64,000 nucleotides of DNA from Candidatus Woesebacteria bacterium GW2011_GWB1_33_38 (GTDB lineage: Bacteria; Patescibacteriota; Microgenomatia; UBA8517). The notes beneath the pieces are model-generated. The model had not been told where the DNA came from. It saw only the letters and a list, made by a program, of their open reading frames with translations, and made no database searches. The stretch spans positions 71,479 to 135,478 of the forward strand of contig LBPF01000003.1 of the NCBI GenBank assembly GCA_000990005.1. The letters are read 5' to 3'. The position numbers were made by a program, and so were the translations under genes. Below, one piece after another: positions 9,133 through 18,927 of this stretch. How positions within the stretch are numbered: the first letter of the stretch is position 1; every line of letters begins with the position of its first letter.

Positions 9133-9912
9133 ATGAATATTAAATTTCTTACTCGTCAACAACTAGAAATAATTAATAGAAAAACTTTGCGATATCCACT
9201 GCAAATTGCCGAGAAGGACTATTTCTTAGCATTAGTAATGCAAATTATTTCAGAATCTCCGATGAAAAATATTTTGATATTTAAGGGAGGAACAGCGCTT
9301 CATCATTGTTATTTAAAGCAGTTTCGATTTTCTGAAGATTTAGATTTTTCTTCCAATCAAAGATCTTTATCACTCAACAAAATAAGAGAGATATTTAATA
9401 AATTAGATTTTCTTGAAATCAAAAAAGATTATATTTCAAAGGCAACTATAAAAATCGAAAAATTACAATACCTTGGACCCTTAATGCAACCAAATTCATT
9501 AAAAGTTGAGATTGATTTCCTTCAAAATGTTTATTTACCTCCGCAAAAAGAAAAATATGAAAATGTTTGGGGTTTAGCTTTTTTTGTAAATGTTATGGAT
9601 ATCAAAGAGATTTGTGCTGAAAAAATTAGGGCAATGAATGACAGAATTAGATATCGAGATTTTTACGATTTTTCTATGATTATCAAAAAACATTCATTAA
9701 ATTTAGTTGAAATAATTAATATAGTTAGGAAGAAAGAAATCAGAAAATCTATAAGTTCTAAAAATATTAAAGATAATTGGAAAATAGCAAGAGGAGATAA
9801 ACAAAACGACTATCAGTCAATCTATTTTTCAGAAATTTTAGAAGAAAAAGAAATTAGTAATTATTTATCAATGTTAAAATTTGAAGAAATTAAGAAAAGT
9901 CGAAATGGCTAG
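9133..9912 (+). CDS. abiEii: AbiEii/AbiGii-family nucleotidyltransferase toxin (DUF1814)
   Basis: Hallmark FKGGTAL...RFSEDLDF motif; 259 aa; starts 3 nt after abiEi. Confidence 0.75.
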   Translation: MNIKFLTRQQLEIINRKTLRYPLQIAEKDYFLALVMQIISESPMKNILIFKGGTALHHCYLKQFRFSEDLDFSSNQRSLSLNKIREIFNKLDFLEIKKDYISKATIKIEKLQYLGPLMQPNSLKVEIDFLQNVYLPPQKEKYENVWGLAFFVNVMDIKEICAEKIRAMNDRIRYRDFYDFSMIIKKHSLNLVEIINIVRKKEIRKSISSKNIKDNWKIARGDKQNDYQSIYFSEILEEKEISNYLSMLKFEEIKKSRNG

Positions 9913-9980
9913 GGGGTAAACTTCAGTGTTATAATTGATTTATATGAAGAAATTGTTTTCCAATTTAAATAATTTGGGTG

Positions 9981-10010
9981 TTGACACTTTTTGGTAGGCT
10001 CGGTTATAAT
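9981..10010 (+). promoter_or_regulatory. Consensus sigma70-type promoter TTGACA-N18-TATAAT, 7 nt upstream of tuf ATG (leaderless-type)
   Basis: Exact consensus hexamers read directly; ATG at 10018. Confidence 0.6.
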
Positions 10011-10017
10011 ACACAAT

Positions 10018-11217
10018 ATGGCAGATACAAAGGTAAAATTTGATAGAAGTAAACCACACGTAAACATTGGTACTATTGGTCACGTCGATCATGGTAAGAC
10101 AACTTTAACTGCAGCTATTACCACCGTTTTAGCAAAGAATTTTCCAGGTGGAGTAAATAAAGCTTATGCCTTTGATCAGATTGATTCAGCTCCAGAAGAG
10201 AAACAAAGAGGAGTTACAATTAATATTTCTCACGTTGAGTACGAAACAGACAAAAGACATTATGCTCACATTGATGCTCCAGGTCATGCAGACTACATTA
10301 AGAACATGATTACTGGTGCCGCACAAATGGACGGAGCAATCTTAGTTGTCTCAGCTCCAGATGGCCCAATGCCTCAAACCAGAGAACATGTAATTTTAGC
10401 AAGACAAGTTAATGTCCCTTCATTGATAGTTGCGCTTAATAAATGTGATGCAATGGATGATCCAGAACTTCTTGAGCTTGTAGAAGCAGATATTAGAGAT
10501 TTACTTAAAAAATATCAATTTCCAGGAGACACCACTCCAATTGTTAGAGTTTCAGCCCTAAAAGCTTTGGAAGGTGATGCAGAAGCAGAAAAAGGAATTT
10601 TGGAATTAATGAAACAAGCTGATGAGTTTATTCCAGATCCAGTTAGAGATACAGAGAAACCATTCTTAATGCCTGTTGAGGACGTATTCTCAATCTCAGG
10701 CCGTGGAACAGTTGTTACAGGAAGAGTTGAAAGAGGAGAAATTAAAGTTAACGAAGAAATTGAAATAGTTGGTCTTAAAGACACTATGAAATCAGTAGTA
10801 ACTGGACTTGAAATGTTCAGAAAATTACTAGATTCTGCAATGGCAGGTGATAATGTTGGAGTTTTACTTAGAGGAGTTGAAAAGACGCAGGTTGAAAGAG
10901 GACAAGTTCTTGCAAAAACTGGAACAGTTACACCTCATACTGAGTTTGAGGCAGAAGTTTATATTCTTTCTAAGGATGAAGGAGGAAGACATACCCCATT
11001 CTTTACAGGTTACAAACCACAGTTCTTTATAAGAACAGCAGACGTTACAGGAGATGTTATCTTACCTGAAGGGGTTGAAATGGTCATGCCAGGAGACTCC
11101 GCAAAAATGAAAGTAAAATTGATAGTACCTGTGGCTATGGAAGATGGTTTAAGATTTGCAATTCGTGAAGGTGGTCACACAGTAGGCGCAGGTGTGATTA
11201 CTAAGATAATAGCCTAA
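10018..11217 (+). CDS. tuf: Elongation factor Tu
   Basis: [33 protein letters not shown]..; the listed ORF starts at an upstream TTG, but the ATG at 10018 matches the EF-Tu N-terminus. Confidence 0.95.
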   Translation: MADTKVKFDRSKPHVNIGTIGHVDHGKTTLTAAITTVLAKNFPGGVNKAYAFDQIDSAPEEKQRGVTINISHVEYETDKRHYAHIDAPGHADYIKNMITGAAQMDGAILVVSAPDGPMPQTREHVILARQVNVPSLIVALNKCDAMDDPELLELVEADIRDLLKKYQFPGDTTPIVRVSALKALEGDAEAEKGILELMKQADEFIPDPVRDTEKPFLMPVEDVFSISGRGTVVTGRVERGEIKVNEEIEIVGLKDTMKSVVTGLEMFRKLLDSAMAGDNVGVLLRGVEKTQVERGQVLAKTGTVTPHTEFEAEVYILSKDEGGRHTPFFTGYKPQFFIRTADVTGDVILPEGVEMVMPGDSAKMKVKLIVPVAMEDGLRFAIREGGHTVGAGVITKIIA

Positions 11218-11230
11218 GCACATTTTAAAT

Positions 11231-11533
11231 ATGCAAAGATTAAGAGTTAAGCTTAAAGCTTACGATCATAGAGTACTAGATGAAGCCGCCACAAAGATAA
11301 TTGACGCGGCACTTTCAACAGGCGCTAAAATCTCCGGTCCAATCCCACTTCCTACAGATAGATCTGTCATGGCTGTCAAGGAATCCCCATTTACAGATAA
11401 AGATGCACAAGAACATTACGAGGTTTTGACCCACAAAAGACTGGTAGACATTATTGACCCAACTCCAAAAACAGTTGATGCCTTGGGTAACTTAGATCTT
11501 CCCGCAGGAGTCTCAATCGAGATCAAGATGTAA
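11231..11533 (+). CDS. rpsJ: 30S ribosomal protein S10
   Basis: [17 protein letters not shown].. S10 consensus. Confidence 0.93.
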   Translation: MQRLRVKLKAYDHRVLDEAATKIIDAALSTGAKISGPIPLPTDRSVMAVKESPFTDKDAQEHYEVLTHKRLVDIIDPTPKTVDALGNLDLPAGVSIEIKM

Positions 11534-11575
11534 GTTTCATGTATCGCTGTACTAGTACGATGATACAAATCCAAA

Positions 11576-11869
11576 TTAAGAATTGATTTTTGGCAAAATT
11601 GGTTTGGTTGGAGCTTTACTTGCTCGAGATTTTTTCTCTTTCAAATACGCTTGCATATCATTTTCTGGAACTTGAAGAACTGGTCTGTTTTTATCATCCA
11701 CTACAATATGAATTGTTTGGGGTTCTTGGTATCCCATCTTGTGCCTAGTGTAACACAAAAGCCTCGCTTGATACAAGTTACTTAGTTTGATATAATTCAC
11801 TCTTAGAATCATGAAAATGAATTCTTTGTTTTTTTTGGCTTTCAAAAATGAATATATTATTTGGTACAA
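11576..11869 (-). CDS. Antisense hypothetical ORF in the unusual 314-nt rpsJ-rplC gap (possibly only the C-terminal ~53 aa from the internal ATG at 11737 is real)
   Basis: Six-frame ORF; TTG start overlapping the rplC start; the C-terminal half looks protein-like but has no family match. Confidence 0.2.
   Translation of the reverse strand: MYQIIYSFLKAKKNKEFIFMILRVNYIKLSNLYQARLLCYTRHKMGYQEPQTIHIVVDDKNRPVLQVPENDMQAYLKEKKSRASKAPTKPILPKINS
11768..11796 (+). promoter_or_regulatory. Putative S10-operon promoter TTGATA-N17-TATAAT
   Basis: Read directly, about 50 nt upstream of rplC. Confidence 0.5.
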
Positions 11870-12588
11870 AAGGAGTAATGACGCAAACTTTTATAGAAGG
11901 TTTTAGGATTCCTGTTACAAAAGTTAATCTTGGTCCTTGTACAGTCATTCAAATCAAGAATCTTGGAAAAGATGGTTATTGGTCAGTCCAGTTAGGATTC
12001 GGGGAAAAAAAACTTAAAAACACCACAAAACAACTTCAAGGACACTTCAAGAAAATTAAGAATTCAAAATTAAAAGTTAATAATTATCCAAGGTATGTAA
12101 AAGAAGTACGATTGACAGAGGAACCAACTTTTAAAATAGGAGATGTTGTTAAAGCTTCAGATGTAGTTAAAGCTGGAGATGTGGTTTTTGCTACAGGAAA
12201 TACAAAAGGTAAGGGATTTGCTGGTGGTGTTAGACGTTATGGTTTCCACGGAGGCCCAAAAACTCATGGACAATCAGATCGTCACAGAGCTCCAGGTTCC
12301 ATTGGACAGACAACAACTCCAGGTAGAGTTTATAGAGGTAAGAGAATGGCAGGTAGGATGGGAAATACTCAGATAACTATTAAAAATCTTCATGTTGTAA
12401 GTGTTGATTCAGAGAAAAACGAAGTTTTAATTTCAGGTGCAATTCCAGGTAGAATTGGATCTTTCCTAACAATCAAGAAAGTTAAGTCAGGGTCTTTGAA
12501 AGATTTAGAGCATGAAGTGGTTGCTCAAGTTGTTGAAGTTGAGGCTCCAGTTAAAGAAATAAAGGAGGAAGTAAAGAATGAAAGCTAA
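11848..12588 (+). CDS. rplC: 50S ribosomal protein L3
   Basis: ..GTKGVMTQTF.. L3 N-terminus; alternative start at 11878 preceded by AAAGGAG. Confidence 0.9.
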   Translation: MNILFGTKGVMTQTFIEGFRIPVTKVNLGPCTVIQIKNLGKDGYWSVQLGFGEKKLKNTTKQLQGHFKKIKNSKLKVNNYPRYVKEVRLTEEPTFKIGDVVKASDVVKAGDVVFATGNTKGKGFAGGVRRYGFHGGPKTHGQSDRHRAPGSIGQTTTPGRVYRGKRMAGRMGNTQITIKNLHVVSVDSEKNEVLISGAIPGRIGSFLTIKKVKSGSLKDLEHEVVAQVVEVEAPVKEIKEEVKNES

Positions 12589-13105
12589 AGTTAATACATC
12601 ACTTTTAAAACAAGTAGTCAGAATATTTGAAGACAGAACCCATTTTGGGTTGAACAAAGTCCAAACTAGAGCTACTGTCAATAGAACTAAGAAAAAGTTA
12701 TACAAACAAAAAGGAACAGGTGGTGCAAGGCATGGTGCAAGGTCAGCTCCAATTTTTGTCGGTGGAGGTAAAGCTCATGGACCAAAAGGAGTAAAAAGAG
12801 AGCTTAAAATGCCTTTAAAAATGAAGAAAAAAGCACTTGATTTAGCAATTTCTTTTAAAAAGGACAAAAAAGAGTTAATTAACTTTGAAAATGTAGGAAA
12901 GATAAAAAGTACAAAAGACGCTGTCAAGAAAATTAAAGAAACAAAACTTAAGGGTAAAATTTTAATAATTTTAACTTCAAAAAATCAAAAGGCCTCAATA
13001 TTTTTTAGAAATATAGAGGGTGTTAAAGTTTTGACTATGAATAACGTTGGTGCTTACGAAATCATGAAATACAAAAACATATTATTAGAAAAAGAAACAA
13101 AATAA
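12578..13105 (+). CDS. rplD: 50S ribosomal protein L4
   Basis: L4-like; synteny. Confidence 0.85.
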   Translation: MKAKVNTSLLKQVVRIFEDRTHFGLNKVQTRATVNRTKKKLYKQKGTGGARHGARSAPIFVGGGKAHGPKGVKRELKMPLKMKKKALDLAISFKKDKKELINFENVGKIKSTKDAVKKIKETKLKGKILIILTSKNQKASIFFRNIEGVKVLTMNNVGAYEIMKYKNILLEKETK

Positions 13106-13108
13106 AAA

Positions 13109-13387
13109 ATGAAAATTAAACCAATTTTTACAGAGAAAAGTATGAACCAAGCTAAGGGTGGTAGTTATTCATTTTGGGTTTTGCCAACTTTAACAAAAAA
13201 TCAAATAAAAGATCTGTTTGAAAAAGCCTATGATGTCAAAGTTAAATTAGTTAAAACGATTAATTATAAAAAGAGCTCGAACAAAAATGCTAGAGGTAAG
13301 GTTGTTACAAAAAAGGCCATGAAGAAAGCAATAATTTCACTTAAATCAGGTAAAATAGAAATTTTTGAGGAACCAAAGAAAAAATGA
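13109..13387 (+). CDS. rplW: 50S ribosomal protein L23
   Basis: Size and synteny. Confidence 0.85.
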   Translation: MKIKPIFTEKSMNQAKGGSYSFWVLPTLTKNQIKDLFEKAYDVKVKLVKTINYKKSSNKNARGKVVTKKAMKKAIISLKSGKIEIFEEPKKK

Positions 13388-14127
13388 AACTTAGAATATT
13401 ACTTAAAAAACATGCAGGACGAAGTGGGGGTACGATTACCTCTAGACACGATGGTGGAAGAAGTAAAAGATTTTTAAGACTAATTGATTTTAAGAGAAAT
13501 TTAAAGGATGTTTGGGCAAAAGTTGAAGCTATTGAATATGATCCAAATAGAAATGCAAGAATTGCAAGATTGCTTTATGAAAATGGAGTCAGGTCATATA
13601 TAATAGCCCCAGATAAGCTTTCGGAGGGGATGAAAGTGATTTCATCTAGTGATGCGCCTCTTGAAGTTGGTAACTTTTTGCCACTAGCTAAAATTCCAGT
13701 AGGTTTTGAAGTAAGTAATATTGAAATTAAACCTGGGTTTGGTGGACAAATAGCAAGAGGGGCAGGAATTGTTGCTTTTGTTTTTGGTAAAGGTGAGACA
13801 CATGTTTTAGTTAAGATGCCATCAGGTGAGGTACGAAAATTTGATCCAAACGCCTGGGCTATGATTGGTCAGATTGGTAATGTTGAAGATAAAAACAAAA
13901 GAAGAACAAAAGCTGGTGCATCACGATGGAGAGGTATAAGGCCTCACGTTAGAGGTGTTGCAATGCATCCTGATGCTCATCCACATGGAGGTGGAGAAGG
14001 TAGAAGCAGAGTTGGGCTTAAGTATCCAAAGACACCGTGGGGTAAAAAAGCTGTTGGAAAGACCAGATTTAAGAGGAAATATTCAAACAATATGATAGTT
14101 GAAGGAAGACAAAGAGGTAAAAAATGA
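13384..14127 (+). CDS. rplB: 50S ribosomal protein L2
   Basis: ..[24 protein letters not shown]2 motifs. Confidence 0.95.
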   Translation: MKLRILLKKHAGRSGGTITSRHDGGRSKRFLRLIDFKRNLKDVWAKVEAIEYDPNRNARIARLLYENGVRSYIIAPDKLSEGMKVISSSDAPLEVGNFLPLAKIPVGFEVSNIEIKPGFGGQIARGAGIVAFVFGKGETHVLVKMPSGEVRKFDPNAWAMIGQIGNVEDKNKRRTKAGASRWRGIRPHVRGVAMHPDAHPHGGGEGRSRVGLKYPKTPWGKKAVGKTRFKRKYSNNMIVEGRQRGKK

Positions 14128-14405
14128 GCAGAAGCAGTAAAAAGGGACCATTTGTAGATGAAAGGCTTGTTAAAAAGCTAGAGTCTGGTATGGGTTTGAA
14201 AGAAAAACCAATCAAAACATGGTCTAGGGGCTGTCAAATTTCACCAGATTTTGTGAATAAATATTTTCAAGTTCATAACGGAAGAGTATTTATCGATGTT
14301 TTTATAACCGAAGACATGATTGGTCATACTTTGGGTGAATTTTCACCGACCAGAACATTTAAAGGACATGGAGAAATAGTAAAACGTACAATGGATAAGA
14401 CCTAA
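14124..14405 (+). CDS. rpsS: 30S ribosomal protein S19
   Basis: [17 protein letters not shown].. S19 consensus. Confidence 0.93.
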   Translation: MSRSSKKGPFVDERLVKKLESGMGLKEKPIKTWSRGCQISPDFVNKYFQVHNGRVFIDVFITEDMIGHTLGEFSPTRTFKGHGEIVKRTMDKT

Positions 14406-14437
14406 CGGTCTTGGCCAATATGAATTGGTAAAACATA

Positions 14438-14785
14438 ATGGAAATTAAATCAGAACAAAAACATTTAATAATTAGTCCCAGGAAACTAAGGCCAATTGTT
14501 GATGTTATTAAAAAACTAAGTGTTCAAAAAGCAATTGACTCCTTACCATTTATTAAAAAAAGAGGGTCTGATTTACTATTAAAAGTTATTAAATCAGCTG
14601 TTGCCAATGCTTTACAAAAGGGAGTAAGTATAACTGAGCTTAAGTTTAAAGAGATACAAATTGGAGAGGGTCCAAGGTTAAAACGAGGTCAACCAGTATC
14701 TCGTGGTAGATGGCATCCAATTAAAAAAAGAATGAGCCATATTAAAATTATATTAGAAAGTAAAAAAAATGGGACAAAAAGTTAA
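14438..14785 (+). CDS. rplV: 50S ribosomal protein L22
   Basis: Synteny and L22-like sequence. Confidence 0.88.
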   Translation: MEIKSEQKHLIISPRKLRPIVDVIKKLSVQKAIDSLPFIKKRGSDLLLKVIKSAVANALQKGVSITELKFKEIQIGEGPRLKRGQPVSRGRWHPIKKRMSHIKIILESKKNGTKS

Positions 14786-15419
14786 CCCAATAGGGTTTAG
14801 AACAGGAAGAACGATTGGCTGGAAATCCAGATGGTTTTCTGATTCTGCAAGTTACAAAGATTTCTTAATTGAAGACATTAAAATTAGAGAAACCCTATTT
14901 AAGAAGTTGGCACTTGCCGGAATTAATAATATTGAAATAGAAAGATTACCAAAATCAATTGTCATAATTGTTTCAGTCTCAAGACCAGGAGTTGTTATAG
15001 GTAGAGGTGGATCAGGTATTGAGGACTTGAAAAAAGAAATTGTTAAAATTATTAAACTTAACAAAAATTCATTGGTTGCCAGTTTAAAGATTGATTTGAA
15101 AGTTAATGAGATCAAAAGTCCAGAACTTTCAGCCTATCTTGTTGCTGGTAGAATTGCTTCTGATTTGGAAAGAAGGATTCCACATAGACGTTCAATAACT
15201 AAAGCTATGGATAGAGTAATGATGGCGGGTGCGGGTGGTATAAAAGTTGTTTTGGGTGGACGTATTAATGGTGCTGAAATCTCAAGGGTAGAAAAGTTTC
15301 ACTTAGGATCAGTGCCAACACAGACTTTAAGAGAAGATATTGATTATGGGGAAATCCCCGCCTTAACCAGAAGAGGTTATGTTGGTGTTAAAGTTTGGAT
15401 ACATAGAAAGGAAAGTTAA
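14769..15419 (+). CDS. rpsC: 30S ribosomal protein S3
   Basis: MGQKVNPIGFR.. KH domain. Confidence 0.95.
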   Translation: MGQKVNPIGFRTGRTIGWKSRWFSDSASYKDFLIEDIKIRETLFKKLALAGINNIEIERLPKSIVIIVSVSRPGVVIGRGGSGIEDLKKEIVKIIKLNKNSLVASLKIDLKVNEIKSPELSAYLVAGRIASDLERRIPHRRSITKAMDRVMMAGAGGIKVVLGGRINGAEISRVEKFHLGSVPTQTLREDIDYGEIPALTRRGYVGVKVWIHRKES

Positions 15420-15421
15420 GG

Positions 15422-15826
15422 ATGTTGCAACCAAAAAAAGAAAAATTTATTAAAAACTTTAGGGGTAGAAGAAGAGGAACAGCGCTTCGAGGAAGTGATA
15501 TCTCATTTGGAGATTTTGGATTAAAAGCGATGGAAGTAGCTTGGATTAGTGCACAACAGATTGAGGCTTGTAGAAAAGCAATTTCTCATCATCTTAAACG
15601 AGGTGGAAAAATGTGGATTAGAATTTTTCCAGATAAGCCAATTAGTGGACGTGCGGCTGGTAAAAGAATGGGTGGGGGAAAGGGTGAAGTAGTTAAACAT
15701 GTGGCGGTAGTTAAACCCGGTAGAATAATGTTTGAGGTCGCAGGTGCGCCAAAGGAAATTGTAAAGGAAGCTTTTATTAGAGCCTCAGCAAAATTACCGA
15801 TTGCTGTTAGAATGGTGGAAAAATAA
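15422..15826 (+). CDS. rplP: 50S ribosomal protein L16
   Basis: MLQPKKEKFIKNFRGR.. L16 consensus. Confidence 0.93.
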   Translation: MLQPKKEKFIKNFRGRRRGTALRGSDISFGDFGLKAMEVAWISAQQIEACRKAISHHLKRGGKMWIRIFPDKPISGRAAGKRMGGGKGEVVKHVAVVKPGRIMFEVAGAPKEIVKEAFIRASAKLPIAVRMVEK

Positions 15827-15827
15827 T

Positions 15828-16025
15828 ATGAAAATTAAAGATCTAAAAGAGTTAAGAAACAAAGATATAAAAAATCTTTTATCTCTAGTGGCTCAAAAAA
15901 AGATTGAAGTTATTAAAAATGCAGTTAAAACTGCGGGGACTAAGGAAAAAAATGTTAAACTAGGCAAAATCTTAAAGAAAGAAATTGCCCAAGTTTTAAC
16001 ATTAGTTAGGGAGGTTAAAAAATGA
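15828..16025 (+). CDS. rpmC: 50S ribosomal protein L29
   Basis: [13 protein letters not shown]..; ATG 2 nt after the rplP stop (the listed ORF extends upstream in-frame). Confidence 0.85.
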   Translation: MKIKDLKELRNKDIKNLLSLVAQKKIEVIKNAVKTAGTKEKNVKLGKILKKEIAQVLTLVREVKK

Positions 16026-16246
16026 AGATATTCCAAGGAAAAATAATATCTAACAAAAATAAAAAGACATTAGTTATAGAAGTTGAAAGACTTCTTGCTC
16101 ATCCTGTTTATAAAAAGAGATTTACCAGAAGTAAAAAATATCAGGTACATTCTGAAAGCGAACATAAAGTCGGTGAGACTGTTAAATTTGTTGAGACAAG
16201 ACCAATAAGTAAAATGAAGAGGTGGAAAGTGTTAGAAGGTAAATAA
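16022..16246 (+). CDS. rpsQ: 30S ribosomal protein S17
   Basis: Synteny and S17-like sequence. Confidence 0.88.
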   Translation: MKIFQGKIISNKNKKTLVIEVERLLAHPVYKKRFTRSKKYQVHSESEHKVGETVKFVETRPISKMKRWKVLEGK

Positions 16247-16247
16247 T

Positions 16248-16613
16248 ATGGTACAACTAAGGTCATTTCTAAATCCAGCTGATAATTCAGGCGCAAAACG
16301 CTTAATGATTATTGGTGTCCCCGGTAGAATCGGGAAAATTGCAACCTTAGGAGATGTGGTGTTGTGTGTTGTTAAGGGATCTGACCCAAGTGGTACAGTC
16401 AAAGATCATGAAAAAGTAAAAGTTTTAATAGTTAGAACCAAAAAAGAAGTTCGAAGGTTTGATGGAACATATATCAGATTCGATGATAATGCCGGAGTTG
16501 TTATTGACAAACAAGGTATGCCGTTGGGTACTAGAGTATTGGGCCCAATTGCAAGAGAAGTAAAAGAGGTGGGATTTAATAAAATAGCATCATTAGCAAG
16601 GGAGGTTGTATGA
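16248..16613 (+). CDS. rplN: 50S ribosomal protein L14
   Basis: MVQLRSFLNPADNSGAK.. L14 consensus. Confidence 0.95.
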   Translation: MVQLRSFLNPADNSGAKRLMIIGVPGRIGKIATLGDVVLCVVKGSDPSGTVKDHEKVKVLIVRTKKEVRRFDGTYIRFDDNAGVVIDKQGMPLGTRVLGPIAREVKEVGFNKIASLAREVV

Positions 16614-16915
16614 AGTTACGAGTCGGAGATAATATAAAAGTAGTTTTAGGTAAAGACAAAGGTAGGGAAGGCAAAGTTGAAAAACTTTACCCTAAGGAAA
16701 GTTCTGTTCTTGTATCAGGAGTTAATCTTTATAAAAAACACGTCAAAGGCAATCAGGGTGGAGTAAAAGCTGGAATATATGATATACCACGAGCCTTAAA
16801 TGTTGCAAAAGTAGCTTTAATTTGCCCAAGTTGTAAAAAGATTACTAGGATAAAAATTAAAAAAGAAAAGAATGAAATAAACAGATTTTGTAAAAAATGT
16901 AACAAAAAAATATGA
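16610..16915 (+). CDS. rplX: 50S ribosomal protein L24 (with C-terminal CxxC..CxxC extension)
   Basis: KOW-like N-terminus; synteny. Confidence 0.85.
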   Translation: MKLRVGDNIKVVLGKDKGREGKVEKLYPKESSVLVSGVNLYKKHVKGNQGGVKAGIYDIPRALNVAKVALICPSCKKITRIKIKKEKNEINRFCKKCNKKI

Positions 16916-17463
16916 ATCGTTTAATAGAAAAATATCAAAAAGAGATAGCCAAAGAATTAGCTAAAGAATTTGGAATTAAAAATTCCATGGCCATCCCTAG
17001 ACTGACTAAAATTAGTATGAATGTCGGTATTGGTGATTTAGTTAAAAACAAAGAGGCAAAAGAACAATTAATTAAGGATATTGCCCTGATTGCAGGTCAG
17101 AAGCCTTCGGAAAGAAAATCTAAGATCTCGGTTGCTACTTTTGCAATTAGAGAAGGAATGGTTGTGGGACTTGGACTTACCTTAAGGGGAATTAGAATGT
17201 ATGATTTTTTTGATAAATTTGTTAACATAGTTCTTCCTCGGTTTCGTGATTTTAGAGGAGTGAAAAGAACAAGTTTTGATAAAGGTGGGAGTTATACAAT
17301 TGGACTTGTGGATCACACAGTATTTCCTGAAATTGATATAACAAAGGCAACACCTGCTCATGGAATGGAAATTACATTTACAACTAATGCAGGAAATAGG
17401 GAAAAGGGAGAAAAATTACTTGAATTATTAGGAATGCCGTTTGTAAAAGAAGTTAAAAATTAA
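16912..17463 (+). CDS. rplE: 50S ribosomal protein L5
   Basis: L5 consensus. Confidence 0.93.
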   Translation: MNRLIEKYQKEIAKELAKEFGIKNSMAIPRLTKISMNVGIGDLVKNKEAKEQLIKDIALIAGQKPSERKSKISVATFAIREGMVVGLGLTLRGIRMYDFFDKFVNIVLPRFRDFRGVKRTSFDKGGSYTIGLVDHTVFPEIDITKATPAHGMEITFTTNAGNREKGEKLLELLGMPFVKEVKN

Positions 17464-17466
17464 TAT

Positions 17467-17652
17467 ATGGCAAAAAAATCAAAAGAAGTTAGAGAAACAA
17501 AAAAATTAAAATATAAAAACAGATATAGAAACAGATGTAAGCTTTGTGGAAGACCAAGAGGATATATGAGAAAATATGGTCTTTGTAGACTTTGTTTTAG
17601 GGAGTATGCATTAAAAGGTGAACTTCCAGGTGTAAGAAAGGCTAGCTGGTAA
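17467..17652 (+). CDS. rpsN: 30S ribosomal protein S14 type Z (zinc-binding)
   Basis: 61 aa, [16 protein letters not shown]. Confidence 0.93.
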   Translation: MAKKSKEVRETKKLKYKNRYRNRCKLCGRPRGYMRKYGLCRLCFREYALKGELPGVRKASW

Positions 17653-18029
17653 TGACAAACTATCAAATTGGAGATTTTTTAATACGACTTAAAAATGCCG
17701 GCATGGCAGGAATTAAAGAAATACCCTTCTTTAATTCTAATATGGTTCTAGGAGTTGCTAAGACATTAAAATCTGAAGGTTTTATTGAATCAATAGAAGA
17801 AGGTAAGAAAACTATTACAGTTAAGCTTTCTATTTTTAACAAAAAACCAGTATTATCTAATGTCAGAATAGTCTCCCGACCAGGACTCAGGATTTACATG
17901 AGTGTTGATGAAATAGAAAGTTATAATAAGCCTGATGTTTTAATTTTAACTACACCTAAAGGAATAATGTCAGGATCTATGGCTAAAAAAGAAAGAGTCG
18001 GCGGAGAATTAATAGCTAAAGTAATTTAA
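17652..18029 (+). CDS. rpsH: 30S ribosomal protein S8
   Basis: Synteny and S8-like sequence. Confidence 0.9.
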   Translation: MTNYQIGDFLIRLKNAGMAGIKEIPFFNSNMVLGVAKTLKSEGFIESIEEGKKTITVKLSIFNKKPVLSNVRIVSRPGLRIYMSVDEIESYNKPDVLILTTPKGIMSGSMAKKERVGGELIAKVI

Positions 18030-18044
18030 TAATAGAATAAAACA

Positions 18045-18611
18045 ATGAGCAAAATCGGACAACTACCAATACAAATATTAGACGGAGTAACAGTAGACAT
18101 TAATAACCTGCCTGCCGGCAAGGCAGGTAAATTAATATCTATCAATGGTCCCAAAGGTAAATTAGCAATTATTGTTGATGAATTGGTAACAGTAAAACAA
18201 GAAGAGACAAATTTATTGGTATCTGTGTCTAAAACCACTAAATTTGCAAAATCAATTTGGGGAACAACTAGAAAACTTATAGACAATATGGTTAAAGGTG
18301 TCAGCACTGGTTGGTCAAAAAAACTAGAATTAGTAGGAACTGGATACCGTGCCGAAGTACAAGGTAACACTTTAGTTTTAACGGTTGGATATTCTCATCC
18401 TATTAAAATTGAGGCCCCAGAGGGGATTAATTTTAAGGTTGAAAAAGGTATTATAACAGTTGATGGGGTGGATAGAGCAGTTGTAGGTCAGATATCAGCA
18501 AACATTAGAGGCTCAAGACCACCTGAACCATATAAAGGTAAGGGCGTGAAGTATATAGATGAAGTGATTAGGAGAAAAGCAGGAAAAGCAGCTAAAGCTG
18601 CAACTGCGTAA
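18045..18611 (+). CDS. rplF: 50S ribosomal protein L6
   Basis: Synteny and L6-like sequence. Confidence 0.9.
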   Translation: MSKIGQLPIQILDGVTVDINNLPAGKAGKLISINGPKGKLAIIVDELVTVKQEETNLLVSVSKTTKFAKSIWGTTRKLIDNMVKGVSTGWSKKLELVGTGYRAEVQGNTLVLTVGYSHPIKIEAPEGINFKVEKGIITVDGVDRAVVGQISANIRGSRPPEPYKGKGVKYIDEVIRRKAGKAAKAATA

Positions 18612-18617
18612 CGTATT

Positions 18618-18917
18618 ATGAAAACTAAATTTAAGAAAAGACAATTAAGAACAAGGTCAAAACTTTTAAAGTTAAGACCTAGATTAACTGTATATAAATC
18701 GAATAAAGCAATTTATGTGCAAATTATAGATGATAAAAAAGGATGCACATTAGCATCGGAGAGAGGTAAAGATGCTAAAGAAGTTGGAATTAAAATAGCT
18801 GAAAAAGCTAAATTAAAGAAAATAAAGTTAGTTGTGTTTGACAAGGGTGGTTATCAGTATCATGGAAAAATTAAAGCTGTTGCCGAAGGTGCCAGAGAAG
18901 GGGGATTAGAATTTTGA
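18618..18917 (+). CDS. rplR: 50S ribosomal protein L18
   Basis: Synteny and L18-like sequence. Confidence 0.88.
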   Translation: MKTKFKKRQLRTRSKLLKLRPRLTVYKSNKAIYVQIIDDKKGCTLASERGKDAKEVGIKIAEKAKLKKIKLVVFDKGGYQYHGKIKAVAEGAREGGLEF

Positions 18918-18927
18918 CGACGAAGTC

